Positions 35,718 through 47,947 of a stretch of 64,000 bases of DNA are shown piece after piece. The DNA is taken from NCBI RefSeq assembly GCF_902713615.1, contig NC_052163.1, positions 17,308,248 through 17,372,247 on the forward strand, read 5' to 3'. Below the pieces are notes generated by a model, which did no database searches, was not told where the DNA came from, and saw nothing but the letters and a program-made list of their open reading frames with translations. Made by a program: the position numbers and the translations under genes. This DNA is from Scyliorhinus canicula. Lineage: Eukaryota. Within the stretch, counting starts at the first letter, position 1. Each line of letters opens with the position of its first letter.

Positions 35718-36510
35718 TGTTGTCAAATATTTTTGTCTTGCACTCATTAGGACAAAGTCACAACAAGACCAAATTTCAAAGATACAAGAAATTTATACTG
35801 CATGAGTAAAGAGTGATGATTGGTTGGCAAATGGATTCTGATTGGTTGAGGTCTTGCCATGGAGAATGAACCAGGGAACCATTATCCCCAAGATTTTTAA
35901 ATTTGAACCATGCAAGTCAGCTCTGATCGAGGCGTTGCCATAGGTAATGTATCAGAGGATACCTTTTATTCAGTTGAAAAAGGTGCAATGCCTGTACATG
36001 TTCTTTCTGTTTGCAGAAGACAGGGCCGGGAGTGTAGCTTCTAGCTACACATGTAGCTTCTAGCAGGTGTACGTGGGCTGCATTTTGAGCCCGACTGACA
36101 ATCTTAAATTGGTTGTTAGTGTAATTCTTAGCACATTTGCCATTATTGTCCAATCGCAGAATTAAACTAACAACCAATTTAAGATACAGTTGAGCTCCTA
36201 ATGTGGCCATGCCTGCTAGAATCTATACATTCATACACAGGACCTTGACCATCCTCTTGCAAACAAAAAGAACCTGTCCAGGCATTGCACCGTTATCAAC
36301 TAAACAAAGGCTTGGGGTACAACTTTCCCCTGGTGCATTCCCCATGGCAACACCTTGACCAATCAAAATCCATATACCAACTAACCTGCACCCTTTACTT
36401 AAGTAATATAAATTTCTTGTTCCCCGTTGAAATTTGATCATCTTATGATTTCTGTCCTGATGGGTCCAAAATGAAAAGCTTTGACAGCATGTATCTTTTT
36501 TCAGTAATAA
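35718..36510. mobile_element. Penelope-like element remnant with inverted pseudo-LTR arms
   Basis: The arms ~35718-36020 and ~36215-36500 are inverted copies. Minus-strand frame CAKNYTNNQFKIVSRA...LLEAT...GPVFCKQKEHVQAL resembles a Penelope GIY-YIG C-terminus. Degenerate CTGATGA...GAAA cores lie at both outer ends. Confidence 0.7.
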
Positions 36511-36665
36511 TGGTATCTGATGAAAAGAATCAAGGTATTTTCTATCTTATTCTATGATTACATTAAAACTTTATATAATAACAACATTATTATCATGGGT
36601 TGTAATTGGTAATTGGGACTTTGGTTCTATTAGACATATTTAATAAAAGCCCTTTTTTTCTGTAG

Positions 36666-37466
36666 GCATTGACAAAAGAAGGTTTAGAATCCATCTCCAA
36701 CAGTTCCAAACAGCTCTTGGTTTCGGCTCTGCAGGAACTTCAGGTCAAGAACTCCAACGCTGCTCCCAACAAACCTGTTGAATTTGAGTACAATGTTGCT
36801 GCATTTCTTTGGTCAGAGAGCAGCAATGATCTTTTGACAGACACTGCCTGGGTCAGCGTAACAAATCGTAGCCAGTTTGTCAAGAGTGGACTCTCTATGA
36901 AGGCCCAGGCTCTTACACTTTGTGTTCAAAGTTTCTGTTCTGCACTTGACTCCAAATTAAAAGCTAAATTGGATGATTTAGTTACATACCTTCCACCAGA
37001 TTCGTCCACAGTTAAAGACGGTTTAAATTACCACTCATCCTCACAACTACAGAGTTCAGCATTTGATAGGTATGCTGATACAGCGAAGGTTGAAGAAATG
37101 CTAAGGACGCATTGCCTTTCTTGTGTACAGTACATCCTGGACTGTGTGAAAGCAGAGCTTAAAATGGCAGAAGAGAGACTACAAAATTGCACATACTCTC
37201 CCAATGATTGCAATCTCAATGCTGTCCTTTTCATGGCACGGTTATGCCAATCTATCGGTGAACTCTGCCCTCATCTAAAGCAATGTATTTTGGGTAAATC
37301 GAGTAGTAATGACCAGCTTGTACGTGAGCCCCGTCCTGTCAAGAAGCTGGGTAAAGGGAAGCTGCAAGAAGTGAAGCCAACACAAGCTAAGTGGCAGGAA
37401 GTAAAGGATCAGCTGTTGCAACAGAGCATGAGTGCTTATAGGATTTGGAATGTTACCATATCAAAG
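36666..37466 (+). CDS. COG1: COG1 exon 7 (large exon, 801 nt)
   Basis: ttctgtag| ALTKEGLESIS...SGLSMKAQALT...VLFMARLCQSIGELCPHLKQCILGK...IWNVTISK |gtcagt; phase 0-0. Confidence 0.96.
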
Positions 37467-38458
37467 GTCAGTGACTAATGTACCCGATGTTTGCTTATAA
37501 ATAATGATTTTTGACAATGCTTTTATACTAATGAATTACTCTACGAATTCAGATTTTCGTCCTTCTGTTTAAAAAGATAACCAAAATTTAGAAAGACTGG
37601 AGCAGAACAAAATTTAAGAGCAATGTGATTGATTTTTTTTTCCCTTCTGGAAAATATGTTTGTTCTTGAGTGTACTCCGGTCATCTGTTGCTCTCCTCCT
37701 CCAGTGCTCTGATTCTCCCTTCTAATTCCAGTTCAGTCTTGTACTGCTGATTTATAATCTCCTAGCCCTGTATGTCCTTCTGGGTATCTCCACTTTTAGA
37801 TTGGTTTTCGGAGCCAGAATTGAAGATTTCGGAAAAGGAGGTTCCCACCTGTTGGTTGACTTCTCTGGGGCTGCAGTGTTCTGATCATAATGTTTCCTTT
37901 TACCTTCAGACTAGGCTTTTGTTGCTGATTTAAAATCAAATACACCCCAGAAAATAGATAGAGTGGGAGCAGAGCCTGGTGGTTGACATTCAAATGTTAG
38001 AGAGCTGGAAGAACGGATTTGCAAATAATTAACTTTGTTATTACAAATAGTCCTATTGGATTTATGACTGTGTAAATCTCAGTCACAGACATACACCGTC
38101 TGATTTAATATCATATTTTAACCATATATAATAGTTTTTTGTTCAGTTGGGTCAATCCCAGTTGTACCTAAGCCACTGTATTAGCTGTCACATCCTAATA
38201 GGACCGACTGGTGATTCTTGGCTCGAGTTTGCATGGAATACTTTTTCACAGCAAAAAGTGCATTTTATAGCCCATCATACAAATCTGCTGATGGTTTAAC
38301 TGCTAATATAAGTGGTCGCTCTGTAATAGAAACATGATGATTTTATTTGCCTCTGATTCCATAAGACCTTTGGCCTGGACAGCATTATATATCAATCGCA
38401 AAAATTCATGACTTCCCGATGGAGAGCTCCCAGTGATTGCCAAAGCTGTTGGAAGATT

Positions 38459-38958
38459 GGCTGGGATTCTCCTCTACCCGGCGGGACGGAGTGGCATGAA
38501 CCACTCCGGCGTCGGGCCTCCCCAAAGGTGCGGAATTCTCCGCATCCGGGGCCGAAAGGCCTTCGCCGGCCGCGGAAGTCCGTTCATGCGCTGGTGCGTC
38601 AGCGGCTGCTGACGTCATACCGGCGCATGCGCAGGGGAGGGAGTCTCTTCCACCCCCGCCATGGTGAAAGGCCATGGCGGGGCGGAAGAAAAAGGGTGCC
38701 CCCACGGCACAGGCCTGCCTGCCGATCGGTGGGCCTCGTTCGTGGGCCAGGCCACCGTGGGGGCACCCCCCGGGGTCAGATCGCCCCGTGGAGCCCGGAG
38801 CCCGCCCGCGCCGCCAATCCCGCTGGTCAGGTAGGTGTTTTGATTCCCGCCGGCGGGGGAGGCCTGTCAGCGGCGGGACCTCGGCCCATCATGGGCCGGA
38901 GAATCGCCACGGGGGGCCCGTCGACCGGCGTGGCGCGATTCCCGCCCCCGCCGAATCT

Positions 38959-38990
<32 letters not shown>

Positions 38991-39062
38991 CGGAGAATTC
39001 GGGACACGGCCGGAGCGGGATTGACGCCGGCCGGGGGGGGGGGGGATCGGAGAATTCCGCCC
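38459..39062. mobile_element. MITE, PIF/Harbinger-like
   Basis: TIR GGCTGGGATTCTCC / GGAGAATTCCGCCC; flanks ATT/AAT; CpG-rich. Confidence 0.8.
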
Positions 39063-39065
39063 AAT

Positions 39066-40263
39066 GTTCTCCAATTTAACCCAAAACACTGGTCTAGTCA
39101 CTCCTCATGGCTGAGGGTTCCCAGTACAGTTGAATGTCGCTTAGAGAGAGAGAAGGAGGGAGGTTTCAGCCACATGGTATCACGGCACCTTAGACTAGTG
39201 CGTGGTCAATTCCTGCCCCACTTTGACTTGGGTCGCAACACAGGTGAAATTAAAGTCACTTAAATATCTGATGTCTTTAGTTTGAACCCGGGTGTGCAGC
39301 CACCAGGTTTGTAAATTTTAACACACATAATCTTATTATTTAATTTGTATAAAGTGGGCAGCAATATAACTGGTTAACTTTTATCTAATTCCCAACCCTC
39401 CCTCTTTTTTAAAACATAAATTTAGAGTACCCAATTAATTTTTCCAATTAAGGGGCAATTTAGCAAGGCCAATCCACCTACCCTGCACATCTTTGGGTTG
39501 TGGGGGCAAAACCCATGCAAACACGGGGAGAATGAGCAAACTCCTCACAGACAGTGACCCAGAGATGGAATCGAACCTGGGACCTCGGTGCCGTGAGGCT
39601 GCAGGGCTAACCCACTGCTGCCCTCCCTCCCCCCTTTCTAACTCGTCCCACTCTATTTCACATACACAGCCAGACAACATAGAAGGAAAGGGTGGTGGAG
39701 AGGGAAGAAAATAATGATTAAAAAATAAAAGATGAGGAACTTTGAGTTCAGATGGATATCTTCCAGTTAGGGTCTTTCTCCAGTTTAGGCCTCCAGTTGG
39801 GTGTTATCTTTTCCTTCAGCTTGTAATGGTCTTTACTGTAGACTCGCAGAGATAGCAAGGCAGCCAGCCGACAAGACGGAGAAAACACAGCTTCTTTCTT
39901 CAAGGGTCCCATGTCTTCTGCGTTCTCTTCAAAAAAGCCCACCTGGCAGGAACCAATCGCTGTCTGTGCCAGGCAGAATACCCACTGGCCGCCTGCCAAT
40001 CAATCAAACCAAATCCCTCTAATCTGCTGGGTGCCAGCAAGTCGGGGATTTCCGTTCCCAAATACAAATCTTGAGGACATAGTGTTCCAGTTGTCAAGCT
40101 ATTTGAAATTTTGAATTCTGTACTTCTCCGCTCGACTTGAAGGTGTAACTCAATTAACAACCTCTGGACCAAAAAAATAAAATAAAAGAAATGGGAACAA
40201 AGAGAAATCAATAGGAAGGACTCTGACAATGGACTAACAGCTGTGTGCATTCCATTTGTTACA
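39066..40263 (-). mobile_element. Probable LTR-type repeat interrupted by a SINE (boundaries uncertain)
   Basis: Begins TGTAACAAATGG on the minus strand, with CCAAT-rich segments. The other end and the TSD were not resolved. Confidence 0.35.
39404..39623 (-). mobile_element. Short A-tailed V-type SINE
   Basis: Same AATTGGGTACTCTAAA tail; flanked by CCCTCCCTC-like repeats. Confidence 0.85.
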
Positions 40264-40621
40264 TGTTTCGTCTCTATTTCTAAAATCATACTGCAATGTA
40301 AATGAGAGCATCTAAACAGGAGTTTGGGAACTTAAAACGTATTGGAAAACTTTGAACCATGTTTTATTCTTTCATGCAAAAATAGAATTAAGTTTTACAT
40401 GTAGAAATCCTGTTCAAATATGTTAAGTTTTAAGTAATTGTACTTTAAAATACTAAAGTTTAATTCTTTTATTACACTGACCTTTTCATCGTGATCCATC
40501 GTGTTTTTGAGAATCATGTTAAGTCACAAACTTCACCTCCAGAGCTACCAGGTGATTAAATAATTTGCTGAGATTAGGAGAAATAAATACTTCTGAACGC
40601 AATGGTAATATATCAAATAAT

Positions 40622-40918
40622 GGGTGGCAAGGTAGCACAGTGGTTAGCACTGTTGCTTCATAGCGCCAGGGTTCCGGGTTCAATTCCTAGCTTGGGTCAC
40701 TGTCTGTATGGAGTCTGCACGTTCTCCCCATGTCTGCGTGGATTTCCTCCGGGTGCTCCAGTTTTCTCCCACAAGACCCGAAAGATGTGCTTGTTAGGTG
40801 AATTGGACATTCTGAATTCTCCCTTGGTGCCCGATCAGGCGCCGTAGTGTGGTGACTAGGGAATTCTCACAGTAACTTCAGTGTTAATATCAGCCTACTT
40901 TTGACACTAATAAAGATT
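40622..40918 (+). mobile_element. V-type SINE carrying the CACAGTAACTTC...GACACTAATAAA tail
   Basis: HE1-type head and V-domain, but the 3' part CCCGATCAGGCGCCG...GTGGTGACTAGGG...TCACAGTAACTTCA matches the tail of the 5770/17938/47774 SINEs. Confidence 0.82.
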
Positions 40919-41445
40919 TGATGCCACTGAAATGAAATGCTGCATTGCAAAGCTAATGATCGTGCAGGCCAATTTGTTGCACACAAGGGCTCCTACATAT
41001 AGGGGTATTGGTGAATTATAGCTCAATCTGAGCAACATTTGAGAGATTAAACTACTTTGTGTGGTGTTTGTGGCTTCGCTACAACTGCTGGTAATAACTG
41101 AAGGCCATATATCTTGTGAAATAGAGATGTCTTCCATACGGGTGCTACAAACTGGACCCATGATTGGCAGCATGCTTTACTGGATTGGATACATGTTAAG
41201 AAATATGACGATTGTAAATTTCAGTTATCTCTAAATAGTGAAATTCTAGAATATGGGCAACATATTTCAATTACACTTTGAGAAATTTAATGTAATGTTT
41301 TACAATTATGGTGTGTTGCGATTGTTCCAGCTGGAAACAGAAAAAACTATTTAATTTAAAAACGGTGTAAAGACGAGTAGTCATTGTACTTTCCTCGTCT
41401 TTTTATTCCTTTAACTACTTCATATTTTTGGTTTCTTTTTTTAAG

Positions 41446-41592
41446 GCTCTAGTTTACAGTTTCACTCGAACATTGCACTCTCATACAGCTGGAGCTATTT
41501 TATCTACAGCCACCAACTGGGATGAAATTGAAATTCAAGAGGAAACAGAAGCTGGAAATAGTGTTACGTCCAAAATTCGTCTTCCTGTTCAG
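41446..41592 (+). CDS. COG1: COG1 exon 8
   Basis: tttttaag| ALVYSFTRTLHSHTAGAILSTATNWDEIEIQEETEAGNSVTSKIRLPVQ |gtttga; phase 0-0. Confidence 0.94.
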
Positions 41593-43169
41593 GTTTGAAA
41601 GATTGTTACTTTTCTGCGTTGGAACTCTTCAGACTATTTTGTGATATATTATCTTCGCCACCTCCAAAACTGTGTATACTCTTCAGCCCCTCCCTATATT
41701 TGTTGCACTATTTGAAGGATTGCTTGTTGTCAGGGTAATTTCCAAATTACTCACATTTGTTGCTGTGGTGAGGAGATAGTGGGTGGTGATGGTAGCTACT
41801 CTCATTAGTCTGAAGAATTACAATTATGTCATAAAGATCTTCCTCCATGTAAGACAAAGTAAATCCAGAAATTTTCACAAGAAGATGAATGATAGCCTCA
41901 GCTTTCAGTACTGTTGAATTAAAACATTAATCTTTTTAAAATTTGTAAACAATATTAACCCATGGCACTCATTATTCTGGTTCAGAATTAGTGCAGAATT
42001 TAGAATAATTGCAGAAAACAGCAAGAGGTGCAGAACATTCATCAGCTCACATGTGCATAATTATTCCTACTGTTATTTATAGTAAAGTGCAACTGTTACT
42101 TGACTGCTGCTGGAATTTGCTGAGCTATTTCTGAGGCAATAAAAGTAGTGCTCATAGTAATGTGAAACCACACATGTCTAATCTAATCTAGATCATGTGG
42201 CAAGAACCTGACTATATACAATACAGAATTGAAATGTAAAATTTGATAGATAATTGCAGTACTATTACATTCAATCTGATGATAAAATGCAATGGGAACT
42301 TCATTTTGGGAAGGCTTCTTTTGCATGTTTGTACTAATTTCATGCTTGGAGAAAGTGATTTAATATAAGCCAAAAATAAGAGTTTTAAACATGCATGATC
42401 AGTATGTCTTACTGACTGGCATCAATTCCGCACAGCCAGGCCTTTTCCTTCCTCCTGTGAGGCCTGATCAGTAGTGGTGTGATTTTATTAAGCAGTCATC
42501 GAGAAGAATAAAAAGAGATGTACATATGAACATATGCCCTTGTGTTCCCTTGTCCAAGTGTAACTCTGTAATGTACAAGTCTGTTCCAGAGGTTAATGAT
42601 GCTTCCATATGTGGGGAAGCTTTTCCAACACATTTGTATGTGCAAAGATTAACCCAGAACTTTAGAAGGTGCCCACAGTTATTCTACTCTCTTAACGTGT
42701 ACTGTTGAGGTTCCTCCAGGCTGCAGTCTCAAATGTAGTTGGTGAATTGACAGAAGACTCTGCTTTTTACACTGTTAGTCTTGTTTAAAAATTTTTACAC
42801 CTATTGAATGTGATGGGTTTCTAGGTATTACCAAGTTCATAATTATTGCTGTCGACTACAACCGGTATGGAAAAGCTGGTTTTTATATTTGTGAATTATC
42901 ATTTCTCCATTATGGCAACATTTCACTTTTTCAGCTTATTTCTAATATTTTAATTTCTATCTTAAACCAGTCATTTATTTCACTTTTTGAAAATGTAAAT
43001 TAAAAGTGAAGGATAATAAATGCTTTCAACTTCCTTGCTTGTTGTCTGTGTGAATACTTGAATGTGATTGACTGCCTTTGGAATCTCTAGAGATCGCTAG
43101 ATTTTTCTGGGTAGTTTTCCTTGAGGTCGGCAGCCACCATTTAATTTAAACTAATATTCCAGCTTGACT

Positions 43170-45455
43170 TTCTTTATATCTTTAACAATTTTACTAACCT
43201 CTAAAATCAGCCATCCAACATAGCCGTCTCTTTCAGATATTAAACCCAGCTGCACCCATGCAAAAGCCATGAGTGGATACATCATACCCAACACCAGAAA
43301 AAAACAAAGAAAGACCACGAAAACCCGGCTCTAAGGTGAAATTACATGTGTACCCCAAAACGCGATCTAACCCAGGACCGGAAGAGAACCAGTGTCAATC
43401 ATATCATGAAAAAATGAAGAAGAGAGGACTACCAGCAACAGGTCCAAGCTATACTCATATCTAGTGTCTCCCATAGAAGAAGAAGAGAGAAAGGACCAGA
43501 GCGACCATGAACTAACTCTCTGGATAATAAGAGCTCAGGATCCAGCCAAGGTCCTGACTCATCACGGCACTCGTGTAGGAACCAGCAACCAAGGCAGAAT
43601 AGACCACTCACACCGACAAGCAGACAACACGCCCCGAATGGAAATGACAGGATACCCACAAAGCCCAAAACATGAGAGGACAATCATTCCAGACCCAGCC
43701 AAAAGGGGTCCCCCACCATGGGGAGAAGGGGGGGCTGTCAAGACGCCCCTCAAAAGGTCGCCCTGGGAGAGGACCGACCCTTTCGCAACCTCCCTCTTCA
43801 CCTAAAAAAAAACAATATTCAAAGTGGACTTACTTCTCCCACCCTTTAACATGGCCGGATTAACTCTAACCGTGGGGGAGTTGGACATCCTTGATAACAG
43901 CAAGGACGAACTAACCCTTTCATCCCTCTCCCTTGCTGAGGCTTGGTGGCACAGTGATTAGTACTGCTACCTCATCGCCAGGGACCTGGGTTCAATTCCG
44001 ACCTTGGGTGACTGCCTGTGTGGAGTCTGCACATTCTCCCCGTGTCTGCGTGGGTTTCCTCCGGGTGCTCCAGTTTCCTCCCAGAGTCCAAAGATGTGCA
44101 GGTTAGGTGGATTGGCCATGCTAAATTGCCCCTTACTGTCCAGGGATAGGTTATGGGGATAGGGGAGTGGGCCTGGGTAGGGTTATCATTCAGAGGGTCG
44201 GTGCAGACTCGATGGGCTGAATGGTATCCTTCTGCACTGTAGGAATTCCATGGTTCTTTCACTTCACCCATACTTCCCACTAAATGAGATGGGGTGAAAA
44301 CAAAGAACAACCCCGTCGCTCAACCATGAGGCACTATAAATCATGATTTTTAAGATTAAAACTATGCAAAAATGCCATTTACCATATACAACTAAACTTG
44401 AACTTGCTAAATCAGGATAATACAGGGTAAAGGCCATCGCATCCATGGTATACACTACCCTGCAGGAAATAGACCGCATCGGGAAAATAGCAACACGATC
44501 AAAAGGCAGCAACGTCCAGGATAATCATTGAATTGCGAGGCAGTCCTCACAACAAAGACATCCACGAAGGAAGCAAAAGCCAAGATAAAGCAGGATCAAT
44601 GAGCACTTTCAGGATCTTTCAAGGATTCCAATAGTCAAAGCACGAGATGCGTTAACTTTCATCATGTCATCTCACCAACACCCAAGCAGTCCACAGCCTA
44701 AGCCTCGGCTAGGAGGGATGCCTCGACCGGTACGGCCACCTCCAACCCCTCACGACGAGCTTCAGGAACATGACAACATAGGACCAGCGATTGGTAGGCC
44801 AAACCCAACACCTGCCTCGAAGACGGGATACAATTTGCCCCATTGAATCTGACGTGCCCAGTCTCCAAATCAAGATCCTCGAAACGTGGCAGCCATTCTT
44901 TGAACTCACTTGGGAACTCTTCCACACCTCATGCCAGTACCAGGCTCAGTTGTGTGCCCCTCTCCACCCCCTCTCCTTTCCCAGAACCCTCCAGGGTGGA
45001 TGGCAAGCCATGCAGCAGGAAATCGACAGAACGGAGTCGGGTCTCCACCTGGGAAAGTGCTCTCTAGTAGAAGAACCTCCTCGTGCACCTCCACGCCTCC
45101 ATAAAAGTACCTGACGACCTGCACCTCAGAGCTGAGACCTTCAGTCAGCATGACCTTTGCATTGGCAGCCACTGTTTGATGCATACAGCACCGCCAAGGT
45201 GGGAGCCCGCTCAATAGCAACTGCACCGCTGAAAGCAGGGCCCACCTCAGCCCACTCTGGCAGACACAGACTAACGAGGATTTTAACATTTCGTCTGTTC
45301 CCTTTCCTACAAGGACACCGGCCAAATACTTCTCAGGAGAAAGTACAAGCCATGCACCCCAAGAAAAGACCAAATGTGAACCGTGCAACAGGATGAAAAG
45401 ATGAGCAGAGCCGGAGCCGGCGGAAATGCAGCCGCTCCTCACGTGACCCCCTCCC
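43170..45455 (-). mobile_element. L1-derived element with 5'UTR and decayed ORF1, no detectable ORF2
   Basis: 5' GGGGGTCACGTGAGGAGCGGC...; ORF1-like EEFPSEFKEWLPRFEDLDLETGHVRF and ...YYPDL; then a TG-rich non-coding stretch ending in an A-rich tail near 43170. Confidence 0.55.
43945..44250 (+). mobile_element. HE1-type SINE with CR1-like tail (nested)
   Basis: Complete head, V-domain and tail. Confidence 0.88.
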
Positions 45456-45688
45456 GTAAATGCTTCTTTAACGAGCTGGAATAATTAAAAAGTGCAATCA
45501 ATTATTTTTGGCTCTGTAGTTCAACATTCTTTTGACTTTGCTGTTCTACCTTGATAGGACATGGTTAATGCCAAAGTTTTGAGGGTTACTTCCATTTCAT
45601 CCGTACCTATTTCAACACCATTGATGTTGCATACATGTTGTTTTATTTTCTTATGTGCAACATTCTATAATTCACATTAAGTGCCCTT

Positions 45689-45910
45689 GGGCAGCACGGC
45701 GCAGTGGTTAGCACTGCAGCCACATGACGCCGAGGTCCCAGGTTCAATCCCGGCTCTGGGTCACGGTCCGTGTGGAGTTTGCACATTCTCCCCGTGTCTG
45801 CGTGGGTCTCACGCCAACAACCCAAAGATGTGCAGGTTACGTGGATTGGGCACACTAAATTGTCCCTTAATTGGAACAAAGAATTGGATACACTAAATTT
45901 ATATTAAAAA
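45689..45910 (+). mobile_element. Short A-tailed V-type SINE
   Basis: Flanked by the degenerate repeats ATTAAGTGCCCTT / ATTGAGTTACCTT. Confidence 0.85.
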
Positions 45911-46289
45911 ATTGAGTTACCTTTCTTTTACCTCTTTGCATATTGTGTTCCATTCATTTTGTAATTTGTGAGCTGCCTCTTCCAATTCCAGTTCTCTACT
46001 TTGGTTAAATCCAGTTGTTGGATTTGTGTCCAGCTGCCAGAGGTGCTAAAATGATATCCTAATCTGCATTGCAATTCAATTCCTTTATCAGCATCTCTTT
46101 AAAAAAAAAAATCAAATTGTACCAAAGAATTGTGATATCTTTGATTAGTTATAGGCAGCCTGTCAAAGAGACCACAGTGCCTTTTGTTTTGGTAAAAGAA
46201 ATACCAGTGGCAGGCTTTCGCTTATATATTGAGAAACTTCAAAGTTGCTTCAGCAATCTGTATTAATTGTTTTATAATTACTAAACCGA

Positions 46290-46462
46290 GGGCTGGATTC
46301 TCCGCCGTCGGGATTCTCCGTTTTGCCGGCAGCCCGGGGGGTTTACCCGACAGCGTGGGGCTGCCCCACAATGGGAAACCCCATTGACCAGCCGGTGAAA
46401 TGGAGCATCCCGCCGGCGTGCTGAACCAGAAATCTGTCGCCGCGGGTTGGTGAATCCAGCCC
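46290..46462. mobile_element. Short MITE (Harbinger-like)
   Basis: TIR GGGCTGGATTCTCC / GGTGAATCCAGCCC. Confidence 0.8.
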
Positions 46463-46558
46463 CATGTGTTTATCATCAGGAAATTGTTTCTTTCAAGAAC
46501 ATCTAATTATTATTCTAGCATTTAATTTGTTTTGTGTCTTTGATTTTTCTTTTGATAG

Positions 46559-46720
46559 CCATCTTGGTACGTCCAATCTCTGCTTTTTAAGTTATGTCAG
46601 GAAGTAAACCGGGTTGGAGGTCATGCTCTTCTTAAGGTCACGCTTCAGGAGTTGCTGAAGACTTGTTTGGATGAGGTGCTTGCTGGTTATGAAACACTAT
46701 GTTCCAAAAAACAAGATAAG
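46559..46720 (+). CDS. COG1: COG1 exon 9
   Basis: tttgatag| PSWYVQSLLFKLCQEVNRVGGHALLKVTLQELLKTC...KQDK |gtgcgt; phase 0-0. Confidence 0.95.
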
Positions 46721-47539
46721 GTGCGTATATATTTTTTAAAAACTCGTCGGGGCATTTTTGGTGTGGCTCTAAGTAGTACTGTGACTGCTGTATAACTACA
46801 CAAAATATTCAGAGAAAATCCCAAGACATTAATTGCACTTCAAAACATTAATTTTAAGTCTCATTGGAGTCAGATATGCGTCACTCTGTAATTTCTTTCT
46901 TGTCCATCCGTTGCTATTCAAATCAGTTGATCAGTTTGTTCACTCATGAGGAATTGTGTCCTTCACTTTGGGATTAGGGGATAAACAAATCCAGATTCAT
47001 TGACTGGATAATGGATGGAAAATTATGACAGGGTATTTTTAATTTCAGTGGGATGATGGAATTTATTTTGCTCCTGTCTCTTGTGTTGCCTAGGAAACTG
47101 TGTGTGTAGCCATGGTTATCTGCCCGACCATGTTCACAATGGTGATAGCAGCTCTCCCATCAACATATTGCATGTTTTATATTTGGGTAGTTATTAATGG
47201 CATCTGTAATCCTTCAAATAAAAAAACTTCATAATAGAAATTTTTAGAAAGTAAAGAAAAAATTGAAAAGCACACTGAAATTAAGCAGTCATGTTTGTGT
47301 ATCGGGTGTATTTTAAGTGTTACTAATTTAGTATGCCACTCATGCTTCTATGCAGACAGTCATTGTCTTGTGTCATTAAACTTGAAAGTAAGAGATTCTG
47401 ATGAAGGCTGAAGCTTTTTGACCAACTTTTCTACTGACATAACTTCCAGTAAGGTTACGTCCGTGGAGTGGGAGCAATCCTTCAGGAAATTCCCAAGTAG
47501 TATTTTCAGAAATTTACTGCATCAGAAGATGAAAATATT

Positions 47540-47708
47540 AGGCTGAATTCTCCAGTCCCCCAGCCACGTGTTTCTCAGCGGCACGCCATTTGCTGGCGGC
47601 AGGATTCTCTACTCCCTCTGCTTGGCAATGGGATTTCCCATCCAATTGAAGCCACTGGGAAGCCCATGGGTGGGTGTGCACTGCTGGTGGGAACAGAGAA
47701 TCCCACCC
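47540..47708. mobile_element. Short MITE (Harbinger-like)
   Basis: TIR AGGCTGAATTCTCC / AGAGAATCCCACCC; flanks ATT/ATG. Confidence 0.7.
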
Positions 47709-47773
47709 ATGATGGATATTGTAAATGCCTTAAAATGCCAGCCGTCTAATCCTCAGTTTTTATGATAACAATA

Positions 47774-47947
47774 TGAAAAATGAAAATGAAATGAAAATCG
47801 CTTATTGTCACGAGTAGGCTTCAATGAAGTTACTGTGAAAAGCCCCTAGTCGCCACATTCCGGCGCCTGTTCGGGGAGGCTGATACGGGAATTGAACCGT
47901 GCTGCTGGCCTGCTTTAAAAGCCAGCCCAGTGTGCTAAATCAGCCCC
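47774..47947 (-). mobile_element. Short tRNA-head SINE with GTGACAATAAGCG tail
   Basis: Near-identical to the 17938-18118 copy. Confidence 0.88.

Noticed and set aside
47395-47420. CTGATGAAGG as a possible hammerhead core
   Set aside because: No properly placed GAAA or pairing stems; at most a decayed Penelope remnant.
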